A stretch of DNA of 55,310 nucleotides, the filler included, from Jimgerdemannia flammicorona (lineage: Eukaryota), in the NCBI GenBank assembly GCA_003990765.1. It is 3 parts of 3 records of this genome, joined end to end, with 100 filler letters (N's around TTAATTAATTAA, not from the genome) between each part and the next. Parts side by side here need not be neighbours in the genome. Positions count along the whole stretch, not along the records: positions 1 to 18,377 come from RBNJ01002224.1; positions 18,478 to 36,844 come from RBNJ01002225.1; 1 more part is not named here. One strand, written 5' to 3'. The translations under genes were made by a program, and so were the position numbers. Positions within the stretch are counted from its first letter, which is position 1. Every line of letters begins with the position of its first letter. Below are positions 12,457-25,561 of this stretch, piece after piece. A model generated the notes under the pieces. It saw only the letters and a program-made list of their open reading frames with translations, was not told the origin of the DNA and did no database searches.

Positions 12457-13483
12457 CTATATATACATTAGTTGTACTTCTCACCTATAAGTAGATAACA
12501 TTATAGTATATTTCTGCAAATATTTCAGATATTTTGGAATACTTTTCAATCTGTAAAAATTCCTATATTACTAGACTTTACTATATTCTTTACCTATTTT
12601 TATACTTATAAGTAGGAAATTTTGACCTTCTGCAGTTATCTAGATAGTACTCCATTGGTTATATTTAGTCTACTCTAGTTTACTTCTATTTTAGTTTGTA
12701 TTCTTTTTGAGTATATTTCATATTCTTTTATATATATATATATATATCTTATTGAGCAAGAGTGTTAGGATAGTAACTCAATATATAAATATGTAATTGG
12801 TGATTTCATCAGTCTTATATTATCTATCAGTAATGTGTAAAATATGCATCCTATATAAACTTAATAAAAATAACTCTCTTTCTAATAGATATAGTCTGAT
12901 TTTGAGAATTATATTTATATTTTTTAGAGTTTAAGTATTTATAGAGTTTAGAGTATTTAATTTTAGATATACATAGTCTTTTTATTGAGGTTTATTTTGA
13001 AACTTATCTATATATTATAAACTTAAGTCTTAATTGTTCTTTTATTCTATATTTTGTATTCTATCTTTTATTGAGTTACTTACTTGAGAGTATTTATACA
13101 TTTTTGAGATCTTTATATATTGACTAACTATTGGCTAGAAGATATAAGACAGAAAGTCACTAAAAATGATATAAAAGTTACACCATAATGGTGTCATTAT
13201 AAAGTTATAATAATACTATTTACTAATGTTATTTTCATATATTATTTATTAAGTAATGTTCTAGATTATCAACTAAAACTTATGATGTAGTGTCTTATTA
13301 CATTATAAGGTAGTAATAGACTTCTGTATATAGAGTTAGAGGCTCTTTCAGAGTTTTGGATCCAGATGATATAGTATTAGACTCATTAGAGTTTAGTTCT
13401 GATCTAGTGATCATAAATGATAATATAGATACTGTTGAGGCTAGTCTCATATTAAATGGTACAGGAATTCTCTGTGGCCAGAC

Positions 13484-13865
13484 TAGTGCTCTCAACAAAT
13501 TGAATCAAAGGACCAATTTAATTTGATTTGAATTGAATTGAAGACTAATTCAATTTGAGGTCTGATTTGAACTCTATTTTTTAAAATATAATAACTTGAC
13601 CAATATATATCCAAATTCAATAATATTTAGCTTGTTAGATTCCTCTTATTTAGGGAAATCTAATAAGTTAAAGATCATTAAATTTAGACATGTATTTGTC
13701 AAGTTATTATATTTCAAAAAATAGTATTTAAATTGGACCCTCAATTTAATTCAAATTCAATTTGATTCAAACTTAATTCAAATTGAAAAATCTCCAATTT
13801 GATTTGGTTTGAATGATCCTCAATTTGATTCAATTCAAATTGATTTAATTTATTTAGAAGTACTA
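13484..13865. mobile_element. hAT-derived MITE (382 bp) with 8-bp TSD GGCCAGAC
   Basis: Termini TAGTGCTC...AAGTACTA. GGCCAGAC lies on both sides (13476-13483, 13866-13873), with subterminal AATTTGA repeats. Confidence 0.9.
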
Positions 13866-15048
13866 GGCCAGACATTCATAAGTATCTAGACCTGAGAAAT
13901 AGATACTTGAAACAGACTAATAAGTCTATTGAAAACTTTATTCTCATATGACTATATATTATTATTATAATACTCTTGTAAATTAAAGCCATTTATGAGG
14001 TCTAGCTTAATTTGACTTATTAATTAGTTGCTAAGACTATTGATTTCTGCAGGAGTTACTTATCTTATATTACTAATATATAGTATAGAGTATTCTATAG
14101 AGTAATTGGTAGATATGAACTAAAATATACTATCTAAAATAGAGATATTGATTTATCCATGACCTCTGATAAGGTTAAGCTACTTTTTACTAAAAGTCTA
14201 CTAGCTTGATAGTTTTTTAGTATTTGGAAGTATCTTATGATTGATTGCATTCTTATAGCAATTTTATTAGTAGTTTGTAAAAACTATTCTATATTATAAG
14301 TATCAAGATCAATATGTTTTCAGTTATACTGGTATTGGTAATTAAAGATTACTTTCCAAAAGACTTCATAAATATATTCAGAAGATGTAGACATAATTTT
14401 GTTAAGTCTTATTTTTGTTTTTTGGAGGATATCTTTGAGTTTATATAGTAATTATTTAGATAATCATTTTTTAGAGCCAATTTGCTGGATATTTATTTGT
14501 TTATCAAATAAACTATTTTAGTATATAGCAACTATGATTTCATAGCTTATCATAGTCTAGTTTAGCCTATAAAATTACTGATCTTGAAGATCTTACTAGC
14601 TTCTAACATCAGAGGGCTGACAATATCAGAGCTAATTTCAATATATTCTAGTTTCTATAATATTATAGACTATTTTAGTTTATAACATCAATATGGCCGA
14701 AGACTAATTTAGTCTCATACTATTTTTAGCATCCTTAGTCTATTTCTGAGATATATCCATAGTGATATTAGTATAAATATATACTAAACTAGTGTAGAGA
14801 CTAGTATGACTATTATGATATCACTAGCTAAAGAGAGCTAAAATTAGTGCAAAATCATTATGATCTCATTAATATTCTTAGTTTTTTTAGTATATAACCT
14901 TACTGATAATATGAATCCAATGATATCAGCTTGATAATATTATTCTTTGTAATATTGGGATGTAATTTCATTATAATAAATATATATAAATATACTCAGT
15001 ATATTATATTTAGTTATAGCCTTAAATATATATAAATACTCTCTATAC

Positions 15049-17508
15049 TATGATGTATGGTATGAAATCAAAATAGAGAACAGATACTTGATCGCACCTA
15101 GTCCCAAAGTAGTATAGCCACATAGTTAGCAGTCCTCAATTTTGCCACTTGCTAAATATTTTGTAAAGTGCGAGATCAAGTTTCTTGATATAGTATAGCA
15201 TTTTGTAACTGGTGAAATATTTCACAAAGTGTTAAATGACTCATAACTTAGCCACATAATCTAGTAACTATCTCATAGCTAGCAAACTTGTATAAATAAC
15301 CCAGTATCTTCAAGTGAATAAACCTCAGATCGAAATAGTTCAAAGCAAAGAGATAGCAAAGAAACTAGTAAGCCTGTGGACAGATACACTTTGAACTCAC
15401 CCACCCTCTCCTGCAACTTCAAGAGAATCTGCAAGAGTCAGAACAATCAAGTTTTCAAGATACAGAAATCTGACATACTTTCAAGAGTAAGTGTCTGCTA
15501 TGTTACAACTTGGTGCCCATTGACTAGTGATTCAAGATGAATCCTCACTTTTAAGCTGAAAAATGAATAACTACCAGACTGCCAGACCACCAGACTGCCA
15601 TACAGACCATCATGTTGTACATAGTATTTGTCTGCACCATCTGCTGTTAATTGGTTGTTCTAGTTGTCAGCCTCATTTCTGTGAACCGTCATTGATATTG
15701 AACAATAGATGCTCTGCAAAGGACTACATCATTGAGTTAATAGCCAGATCACTCTTTAGTTCAAGGGACAATGTTACAAGAATTAATCGCCGAAACACTG
15801 AACAAACTGCCATACGAATGGACTGCCATGGAGAATTAAAAGATATTGTATATAAACTGCCCAACATAAGAATGCCACCTGACTTTGGACAACATATGAA
15901 TGGAATGGACTGCTCTGAAGAATTAAAAAGACATCATATATGAACTGCCCGAGTGAAGAATGCCACCCGAGTGAAAAATCCCACCCGACTTTTGAAGATA
16001 TAAATGCTGCCCATCATGTATTGTATTCATCTCTGTACCATCTGCTGTTAATTAGTTGTTCCAGTTGTCAGCCTCATTTCTGTAAACCATCATTGGTATT
16101 GACAAAAGACACTCTGTAAAGGACCGCATCATTGAGTTAATAGCTGGGTCACTCCTTAGTTCGAGGGACAACGTTATAAGAATTAATCACCGAAATACTG
16201 AACAAACCACCATATGAATGGACCACCATGGAGAATTAAAAGATGTCATATACAAACCACCCGAGATAACATACAAATGGACCACCCCGAAGAACAGAGA
16301 AGTCATTATATATGAACCACCCAAGTGAAGAATACCGCCTGAATGGACCAATACGAAGAATTAAAAGACATTGTATATAAATCACCCAAGTGAAGAATGC
16401 TGCCTGACTTTTGAAAAATGCTGTCATCCAACTTTTGATGACATATGAATGCCTGAACTGACCTGGAGAATTAAAAGACATCATATATAAACTGCCTGAG
16501 TGAAGAATACTGCCTTATAGACTGCCATGAAGAATTAAAAGATGTCGTATACAAACTGCCCGAGTGAAGAATGCCACCTGACTTTTGAAAAATACCATTA
16601 TCTGACTTTTGATGACATATGAATGCCTGAACCGATCCAGAGAATTAAAAGACATCATATATAAACTACCTGAGAGAAGATGCTGTCTGACTTTTAATGA
16701 CATATGAACACCTAAACCAACCTGAAGAATTAAAAGACATCATATACAAACCACCCAAGAGAAGATGCCATCCAACTTTTGATGACATATGAATACCTCC
16801 CAATATACAAATGCTACCTGATTTTTGAAGATGCTGTAACCCAACTTTTGAATATGTCATCGGACTTTTGATGACATCCTGAATTAATTATTTGAAGACT
16901 TTTTTTTGGGACCTCGAAAAACATTCTGACAACCACTTAGATATAATATTATAAACAAGTCCATGTAGGGGGAACAAATGTATAAACATTGCAATGTAAG
17001 AATTTGAATAGATATTTTTGTGTCAAAAATAACCTATTCAGGGAGAAGATATGATGTATGATATGAAATCGAAATAGGGAACAGATACTTGATCACACCC
17101 AGTCCCAAAGTAGTATAGCCACATAGTTAGCAGTCCTCAATTTCACCACTTGCTAAATATTTCGCAAAGTGCGAGATTAAGCTTTTCAATATAGTATAGC
17201 ATTTTGCAACTGGCAAAATATTTTGCAAAGTGTTAAATGACTCATAACTTAGCCATGTAATCTAGTAACCATCTCATAGCTAGCAAACTTGTATAAATAA
17301 CCCAGTATCTTCAAGTGAATAAACCTCAGATCGAAATAGTTCAAAGCAAAGAGATAGTAAAGGAACTAGTAAGCCTATGGACAGATATACTTCGAACTCA
17401 CCCACTCTCCCCTGCAACTTCAAGAGACTCTGCAAGAGTCAGAATAGTCAAGTTTTTAAGATACAGAAATCCGACATACTTTCAAGAGTAAGTGTCTGCT
17501 ATGTTACA
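15049..17508 (+). mobile_element. Non-autonomous TRIM-like LTR element: two 459-bp LTRs (15049-15507, 17050-17508), PBS, PPT, non-coding internal tandem repeats, 4-bp TSD ATAC
   Basis: Near-identical direct repeats ending TGTTACA, PBS TGGTGCCCATTGACTAG, PPT GGGAGAAGA, ATAC on both flanks, and no gag/pol. Confidence 0.92.
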
Positions 17509-18377
17509 ATACTAAGTATATTATAACCTTTGCTCTACTTTCTCAAATATAAGAGTAAAGTAGTATTCCTATTACAGAATCTTCACATCTAACTTATTAA
17601 TAATTCTGAGTCTAATTAACTTGAGATATAAGTATAATATATTTATCAGTATAAGAACCTAAAAGTAATATCTAGACTCTATTATAACAGATAATTGGAA
17701 CTCAGTACTTTCTCAAGAACTCAGAACTTAAGATTAATAGTTATTATTGACTATCTGTAATATATTAATTCTATTAGTATATAGTTTTAGTATAAGTTTC
17801 TAAATGAAGTTTTATATAAAAAAAGATCTTCAATAATCAATTATATTACTTTCTAAATATTAGAAGAAATCTTATAGTAAATTTACTTTTTTTTTCCTAA
17901 TATGAGAGCTACTGAGTTCCTATTAGTTAATCTTAGATATAGTAGTCAGCTTATGATGAATTATCTTAGTTAATTTTATCTTTATATTCTTATACTACTT
18001 AATATATAAGCTGAGAACTAAGATCCTACATATATCTGATATAGAGATTATTACTCTTAATTTAGATATATATATATATATATATATTTAAATAGAATAT
18101 AACTTATGTAATTTGACTATTGAGAGAGAAATAATATAACTTATATCTATTATCTATATTATATATATAATAAGATACAGAATAAGTAAAATAATATTTA
18201 TAAAAAAGTAAATAAGTATAAATACTATAGATTAGTCTAAAATATATAGTTTAGTTTAATATATATATATATATATAAGAGATTAAATTTAAGTTAGTAT
18301 ATAAACTTATATATAGTCTATAGACTATAATATAGTATACTATATATCTATAAATAGATTTATAGTTTTTTTTTTTT

Positions 18378-18477
18378 NNNNNNNNNNNNNNNNNNNNNNN
18401 NNNNNNNNNNNNNNNNNNNNNTTAATTAATTAANNNNNNNNNNNNNNNNNNNNNNNNNNNNNNNNNNNNNNNNNNNN
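18378..18477. other. Artificial contig linker (N-run, TTAATTAATTAA, N-run)
   Basis: Six-frame-stop spacer inside Ns; identical to 36845-36944. Confidence 0.97.
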
Positions 18478-18537
18478 GGGGGGGGAGGGGGGGGGAGAGA
18501 ATTCAGAAGGCCTTGTGTATGGATTGATGCAACTCAC

Positions 18538-18743
18538 GCGTCAGCTTTGAACATGGCGTCGGAAGCCTTGAAATATGCCTGGATGGCTTGATCATAGGCT
18601 TTTCCGGTCTTGAAGGCAACACCTGCCTTCTCGTAGCATCCACCGGCAATGTCCCAGTCGGGTTTCCTGAACATACCCTTGGAGGCGGCCTTATCTCCGT
18701 CGGCCATCAGCTTGACACCGTCGCGTGTACGTTGGGCCTCCAT
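18538..18743 (-). CDS. NAPG: First coding exon of gamma-soluble NSF attachment protein (gamma-SNAP) homolog; remainder lost at the contig end
   Basis: MEAQRTRDGVKLMADGDKAASKGMFRKPDWDIAGGCYEKAGVAFKTGKAYDQA resembles the gamma-SNAP N-terminus (KPDxDxA...YxKAxVAFK). It is followed by splice donor GTGAGT, in undecayed CpG-rich sequence. Confidence 0.8.
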
Positions 18744-19918
18744 GAACTTGAACTTGGTCGGTATTGATGTTGTAAATGGGGCACACTGTAACAAAACTAG
18801 GCAAACTGAGAATGTGACGTCAACGTCATTCTTGGCGTGTTGCAACAAAGTGAACATGTGATGTCACTCGTGCATTAAGTTCGAAGATTTTATTTTTGCC
18901 GTTACTTTGCTGGTAACAATTATCAAAATAATCATAGTAAGCAAGCCAAAAGTGCTCCCCGTTTTCATACTTCTCTACTTTCTCTTTCTAATCTGGCCAC
19001 TTGTTTGCTTTATATTCCTGAGCAACTTCAGTAAAATTTTTGATACTTGGAGATGGCAAGGTGGGAGAATAATCAGGTAGAATATGAAATTTCTTAGGAA
19101 AGTTTCTTGCACTACAACTAGATAATCATCAATAAAAATATCGAAATCCAGGATATTTTCTTTCATCTTAAATGAGAGAGCGGCCGCGTATATAAGTATA
19201 AAATCGTCATCTTTCCATCCAAGGTAGGTTATGTGATCTATGCCCGATTTGGGAGCCCGTATTTGTCGATTGCGCCACCCCATGTATAAAACAATCGTAT
19301 ATACAAACAAGACCTATCATGATTGACGGGGTGTTCAAATACTTCTGATTCAACCATCAAGCCCCTGAGATATCAATAAAGTCGCACCCGAGCCGGCGCC
19401 CATGCTGTATCCTTGCTCTGGCGAAATCTCGCGCTCTCTCGTGCAACAATTGTGACCAACAAGAATCAACGGGAAGATATGGTCGCAAAACCACTCGAAA
19501 ATATGATGTCGGCACTATGATAGGGATTATCCTTAATCGCTTAGCTTAGCAACTGACAAAAAAAAAAAAAAATCTACCTTATCGAAGAGGTAGACAAAAC
19601 GTCTGATAGAAACGATCGCATCAAAGAGGAGACCTTGCCGCTAGTGCTATCCAACGACTCATGTATTTCATACTTTCAGCAACAACTATACTATTGAATA
19701 TCTTCGTAGATTACTCCAGGACGCCTAATATGCATGCGTGAACCTTCAATGATAAATAAATTCAACTCTACAGCATCTGAGAACATTATACAATTGTTCC
19801 AGTCATAACGGAATTTTAAACGAAACAACCAACCTGTCCAGAAGTTATTGAGAAGGGTCATTCCCTTGTAGAATAATTTTTCTCGAGCATCATCAATTAA
19901 TCTAAATACCTAAGAGCC

Positions 19919-22605
19919 TGTTGTGGCATGAGATTTGTAACTCTTGGTACTTCTAGTACAGCTCAATGTGCCACTTATAGAAGATTTCTATCTTGATCTC
20001 ACTTGACTGATAGTAGTTCCTAGACTCAATGCTTGTTTGATTTGTTCTAGTGGCTAAGTCTCTTGATGACTTCCTGGTCTTGAATTTTAAGGTAGTTTTC
20101 TCACTTATAAGAGAAGTTCTTTAACTCAAACTTGAGCTTCCAATTGCTTCAGATAGTTATCTTCTCTGAACTTTCTGATCTCTTAGAAGCAGTTATTACT
20201 CTGAACTCTTGAACTTTGAAAATTAAATTGTTAACTAACTAATTGAGTGAGATTTATTATAATAAATATATATTAAAGTAAAATACTTTAATATAGTAAA
20301 GTAAGATAAAATCTGAGTCTTTAGACTATATATTAGCAAATTTCTATAAAAAAACACTTTTTAGAATATTTTTATATAGGTTCTTATTATTATTTTTCTT
20401 AAGTATTTTAAAAGACTATTTTATCTTATATATATAATTAATATTAAGATCAGATTGATATCTCAACCAAAGTCTTATTCTGAACTTATTCTGAAGTTTA
20501 AAATTTTCAAAATCTCAGAAAGTTTAAGAAATTAAAACTAGCTTTATAATGAATCATTATATACCTATATATAAGTTACTAGAATTTCCAACTAGCAATT
20601 ATAGATACTGAATATAGTATAACTATATATAGATATATCTAGCATACTATATTTAGTTATAGTTTTGAATCTGTATAAATACTCTTTATATTAAGTATAT
20701 TGTAATCTCAGCTCTACTTTTCCCAAATATAATAGAACTCTCAGATCTGACTTGTTAATAATTCTAAGTTTGATTAATTTGAAATATAAGTATGGTATCT
20801 TTTTCAGTATAAGAACCTAAAAGTAATATTCTAGACTACCCATAATTTTAATTATCTATAATATATTAATTTTATTAGTATATAGTTTTATTACAGTTTG
20901 ATAGTAGTAAAAGTTATAAGTAAGCTTTTCTTAAGAAATTCACTATAAATATAGACAATTTAGTTAATATCATCAATATTATCAGTAATAACTAAAGAAT
21001 ATCTTCACCCTAGCTATTCTTTAGAACTAAGCTAAAGAAGTCAATAGAATTATTACTGAGTAGACTAAGTATAACAGTTCTAGTTTCTTTAAGAGGAAGT
21101 GGCTAAATCTGGAAGTTCTAGTTGACCTAAAGTAGCTTAAAGAGATACTTAAAGGTTCAAGTATTCTTAAAGAATTTCTGGAAGAAAATATTCTGAGCTT
21201 TATTTAGGCAGAGAACAAGAATATTTATATATAATCTGAAAAAAAGATCTGAAAGAATCTTAGAAAGAAAGAGAAATACTAAGAAATAGGTTCTTAATAA
21301 AGCTAACTAATATTATTCTATAATATTCCAAAAGGTTTCATAACTAGCTAAGATAAGATACTTAGTATCGAGGAAAGATAAGAATATTCTAGTAGTATCT
21401 GAACACTAAGAGAAGGTTTCTAAGTAAGTAGAAGGTGGTGGAACATAGTAGAATATTCAAGAAATGATAAGAAAAGACTAACTAAAAGATGCAAAAATAT
21501 ACTAAGACTAAATATAGCTGTGAAATTGATATATCCCTCTCTCTTTAAGAACTAATATCCTTATTGAGTTCTTAGATAACACAAGACTAGATATACTTAA
21601 CCAAAATTTCTCAAACTTATATTGGCACATTGGTAGAAATTAACTATCCTTATATAGGATAAAGGATCTATTACTAGACTAACCAACTGGGAAGAGTTCA
21701 AACTCAGCTAGTAGCTTTATTTTAATGGACTTCTTGTTTATTAAATATTCTACTAGTTCTGGGGTCCCAAAGTAAACTTCTGATACATAAGATACTGGTT
21801 ATTACTATAGGTCATCAATAATCCAAGAAAGTCACTACAGAGATTAAACAATGTGTTTTACCTCAAAGTCTTAAATTAGATCTTAAGAGTTCTTGAGATT
21901 GACTAGTAGTCCCCAGATAGTATCATATTCAGAGTAATTCATCTACTTGACTAGGTATTTAGGATGGTAGTAGTGGATTCATTTATCAAGAATTTTCTCA
22001 GCTTTATACTCAATATGGTCTTTAATAATCACAGAGGCAGAAGGCTTAGGAATTTGACCAGAGTAGGGCAGTGACTGGTTCCAGGTCTTGAGGTGTGATA
22101 TATAAAAGACTGGGTATACTCTTATGATTTCAGGTAGCTTAAAATAGTAGGAGGATGTAGAAACTTATTCAGTAATCTTGAAAGATTCAATATACTTGGG
22201 TTGGAACTTGTTTGAAGGATAGTTGACTTGAGATTATATCTTGAGGTTCTCAGTAGACAGTAGAACTTGATCTCCAACAGTATAAGTGATATCACAGTAT
22301 TTCTTGTCAGTATACTTGGTTTGATACTGTTGAGCCTTCTGAAGATTTATAGTAGTAATTTTGAGTAGTTTGTCCATTTTATCTGTAAGGTTCTTGATAG
22401 TAGAGACTTATATTTAACTGCTTTTCTTGAAAGAGAATAGACTTGTAGGGGTCTTGAAATCTTGACTATAGAGTAACTGAAAAGGAGAAAGACTAGTAGA
22501 TGATTAGATGGTATTGTTATATGCAAACTCTACATAAATTAGATAGTGGTCCCAATTATCTTACTCATAAGAAACATAGTTTCTAAGTATTTGTTCTAGA
22601 GTTCT

Positions 22606-22678
<73 letters not shown>

Positions 22679-23949
22679 GGACTCATGTCCTGCAGAATTT
22701 TATTGGAAGGGAACTTAGACTATATAGGCCAAAACCCTCCCTCACCACCCACCAAGCACTGCCCCCCCATTAACCTAGGCTAGCTATTATCCAGCAGCTC
22801 AATCATACTAGGCACAGCAGGGCCTATATTGGCCTATATCTCATTCTGCGAACTATGCTCTCTCTACTACCAGGGGAAACCCAACCATATGCCAACGACC
22901 GAAAGTATATATCTGAGAACCCAATGTATGTACAAGGCCATGCTCGAGCCGAATAGAATAGCTCCTACCACCTTAAAGAGAATGACAGGCAAAGAAAAAC
23001 CCTTATCAAAGTACAACATAGTGGGTAGGGCCTGGTTCTCCCAGTTAAAGTGAGTAAAGGACTTACATGTGAGGCAGGAGGAAGCCCCCAATATCTCACT
23101 ACTCAAGCCTGCAGGCCTTGATCACATTACCATATCAGCTCCTGGTTCCAGTTAAGTGCAGCCAAGATATCTGAAATAGATAGCCTTGGGCCCCCCAACC
23201 CCCCCTGACAACTAGGGCTCAACCTCGCTGACTACCAAAAGAAGCTGAGAGTGACACCTACCACCTAACTACACTGCATCAATCAAAAGGCCCCACCAAA
23301 ACAACACCTGCCCCAGCCCCAATGACTACCCCCAGCCTGGCACCCTACTGGTTCACCATTATTGCCCTTCCTCCTATTTGTGACAGCCATCTCCCCTCCC
23401 ATCCTGACAACACCTGAAAAGCAGTCACCTATGCCAGAACTGCACTCACTGGGAAGCTCACCAAAGCCAGAGGGCCCCACCACAGGTACCGAAGACCTGC
23501 AGGTAACCTATACTGAGCACTTGATGCCCAAGGTCAGTCGACTCCCTATATAGCCCAAGACACACCAAGACAATACTTTGTTGGTGATGGCAAAAGGAAG
23601 AAGGCACCACACCAAAATAAGTATACTCCATACACAGTTGAAGGCACCAGAATCTACAAAAAAGTGAAGGAAGTACTGATTGGACACCAATAAAGGGGCA
23701 ACTCATCACTATTGCCCTCCTCTCACTATGCCCCTGTAGGTACAGCAAATCAACCTAAGGTAGAGGAGGTAATATTAGGGGAAAGGAGACTCAGAAGGTT
23801 GCCTACCAAACCTTGTGACCAGTAAGGTAGTGGAGAAAGGAGCGTCTAGAGTTCTGTTTATACACTTAGTTTGTCCATTAGTTTGTAGATAAAAGATAGT
23901 AGATATAGCCAATTGAATTCTCAGAGTCTTGAAGAGAGTTTATCAGAAG
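19919..23949 (-). mobile_element. Heavily decayed chromoviral Gypsy element (family C): integrase core/GPF region, chromodomain (~21900-22020), probable 3' LTR (~19919-21535)
   Basis: Minus-strand EYKAEKILDK...KYLVK...DTIW chromodomain and integrase remnants (NRTLEQILRNYVSY, EFAYNN). LTR limits are tentative. Confidence 0.7.
22610..23844 (-). mobile_element. ~1.2-kb poly(A)-tailed non-LTR retroelement (SINE-like / non-autonomous), 15-bp TSD TCTAGAGTTCTGTTT
   Basis: Long poly(T) at ~22607-22675, AATAAAA near the 3' end, and TSD at 22595-22609 and 23845-23859. Homologous to 33843-35030. Confidence 0.85.
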
Positions 23950-25561
23950 TAGTACTCCAAATGAGTCAATTTGAATCAAATCCAGATTTGATTTGTCACA
24001 TGATGGTTTGATCCAAATCTCAAATCTGAAGCTATCTGAATCAACTTGGATTAATCTGAATCACCCTATCTGAATCACCTCATCTGAATCACTCATCTGA
24101 ATCACCTTATCTAAACCACTCAATCTGAATCACTCAATCTGAATCACTCAATCTGAATCACTTAATCCAAATCCTCTAATTCAAATCCTCTAATTCAAAT
24201 CCTCCAATTCAAATTCTCCAATTTGAATCCTCATCCAAATCCTTCAACTAAATTCTCCAATTTGAATCCTCTACATGACTCATATACTAGACATGTCCAC
24301 ATATACAATATATATATATATAAATATATACATATATATACAAACATACAAATACACATGTTGACAGATCAGTCTTCAACAGTTCATAGTACTGATGCTT
24401 CAAGTCAATATCTCTGATAGTTCCATACCTTCCATACAATTCTCACTCTGAAATTTGGCAACATTGTGCTAAGATGAGAGATAATGTTATTTGTAATTAT
24501 TATAGATAAAAAATTAAGATGTACCTATTGATATAACTAATACTTTTATTTAATATACATATGATACTGTTTCATCTACCTTCATAAACTACACTAGTCA
24601 GAAGTTCAAAATACTTAGTGGTACAACTTCAAACATGTATATATAAAAGACAAGCACTCTGACAAAATTAAAAAGAATATAGAGACAAATAAAATTGACA
24701 TCCAAGCTGTGGTAGGTATGTTTATCTAATTTTCTAATTATTTCTATACCAATAACCTTGTTTAATCAAAAATATTTAGCCATACTCTTCAGCAGAATTT
24801 CAAAATCAGCTCATTTGCTAGATTGTGTGCATAGACCAGCTATTCATAACCATTAAGAGTGATCAATTGCATAGCATCTTTAGTCTCCTCAAGGATTTAT
24901 ATTTGCTAAGTGCTAATACTATTTGTAAAGATATTCTGAAGGCCTATAGGAAGGAGCACAATAACTGCCAAATACTTCAGGTAAAATAAGTGTAGTACTA
25001 TAACCTTTGCAAGCTGAATTATATATATATTTTTATAAAGAGCTCACCAATTTAACCTCACATTCAATAAGCAGAATTCAGCAGAAAAAAATTTGTTTAC
25101 AATTGACACATAAATATTCCCCAATGTAATTTGTTTCTGAGTATTACTGGTCATTGGATTGACCTCAATTGGTAGCTTAAATCTCTCACTCTTGACATTG
25201 TCAAACTTGCTGGCTCTCATTCTGGAGACAATATTGCAGATGCTTTTATTGGTTGTATCTGGGAGCTTGGGATCACAACCAAGGTAAAAAAGGAGAGCTT
25301 GCCATCAGGTCAGTATTTTGAGAGAGATCTTAAAATAAAACAGATTTTATTAGTTATTTATTTTCACATAAATTTGCCAACTGAATATTTCAAGTACAGA
25401 TTTTAGCCATTATGATAGACAATGTCACAAATAACTCAACATTTTTCCAAGTTTTAGCAGCCAGCCTCAAATAGGAAAATATGACCTTTAGTACAAAAAG
25501 CTATCATATATGATGCCAGGCCTACATACTGAACCTTGCTGTTCAGGACTATCTTACATAT

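Noticed and set aside
12457..15048. AT-rich stretch as a specific element or gene (also 17509-18377)
   Set aside because: Too decayed to classify, apart from the MITE; probably old TE remnants (17510-17790 resembles 20690-20890).
15830..16800. CRISPR-like repeat-spacer array
   Set aside because: The 'spacers' are themselves homologous, the context is eukaryotic and there are no cas genes. It is the tandem interior of a TRIM.
18422..18433. TTAATTAATTAA palindrome as a biological site; gene linkage across the gaps
   Set aside because: It is an artificial linker embedded in Ns. Neighbouring contigs are not necessarily adjacent in the genome.
18744..18857. N-terminal extension of the 107-aa ORF and upstream ORF 18975-19310
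   Set aside because: Gamma-SNAP similarity starts at MEAQ (18743). The upstream ORFs have no recognisable motifs and are probably promoter/UTR.
21000..21500. U3 ORF homolog in the family C LTR
   Set aside because: The LTR appears similarly long, but the sequence is too mutated to recover any of the shared motifs.
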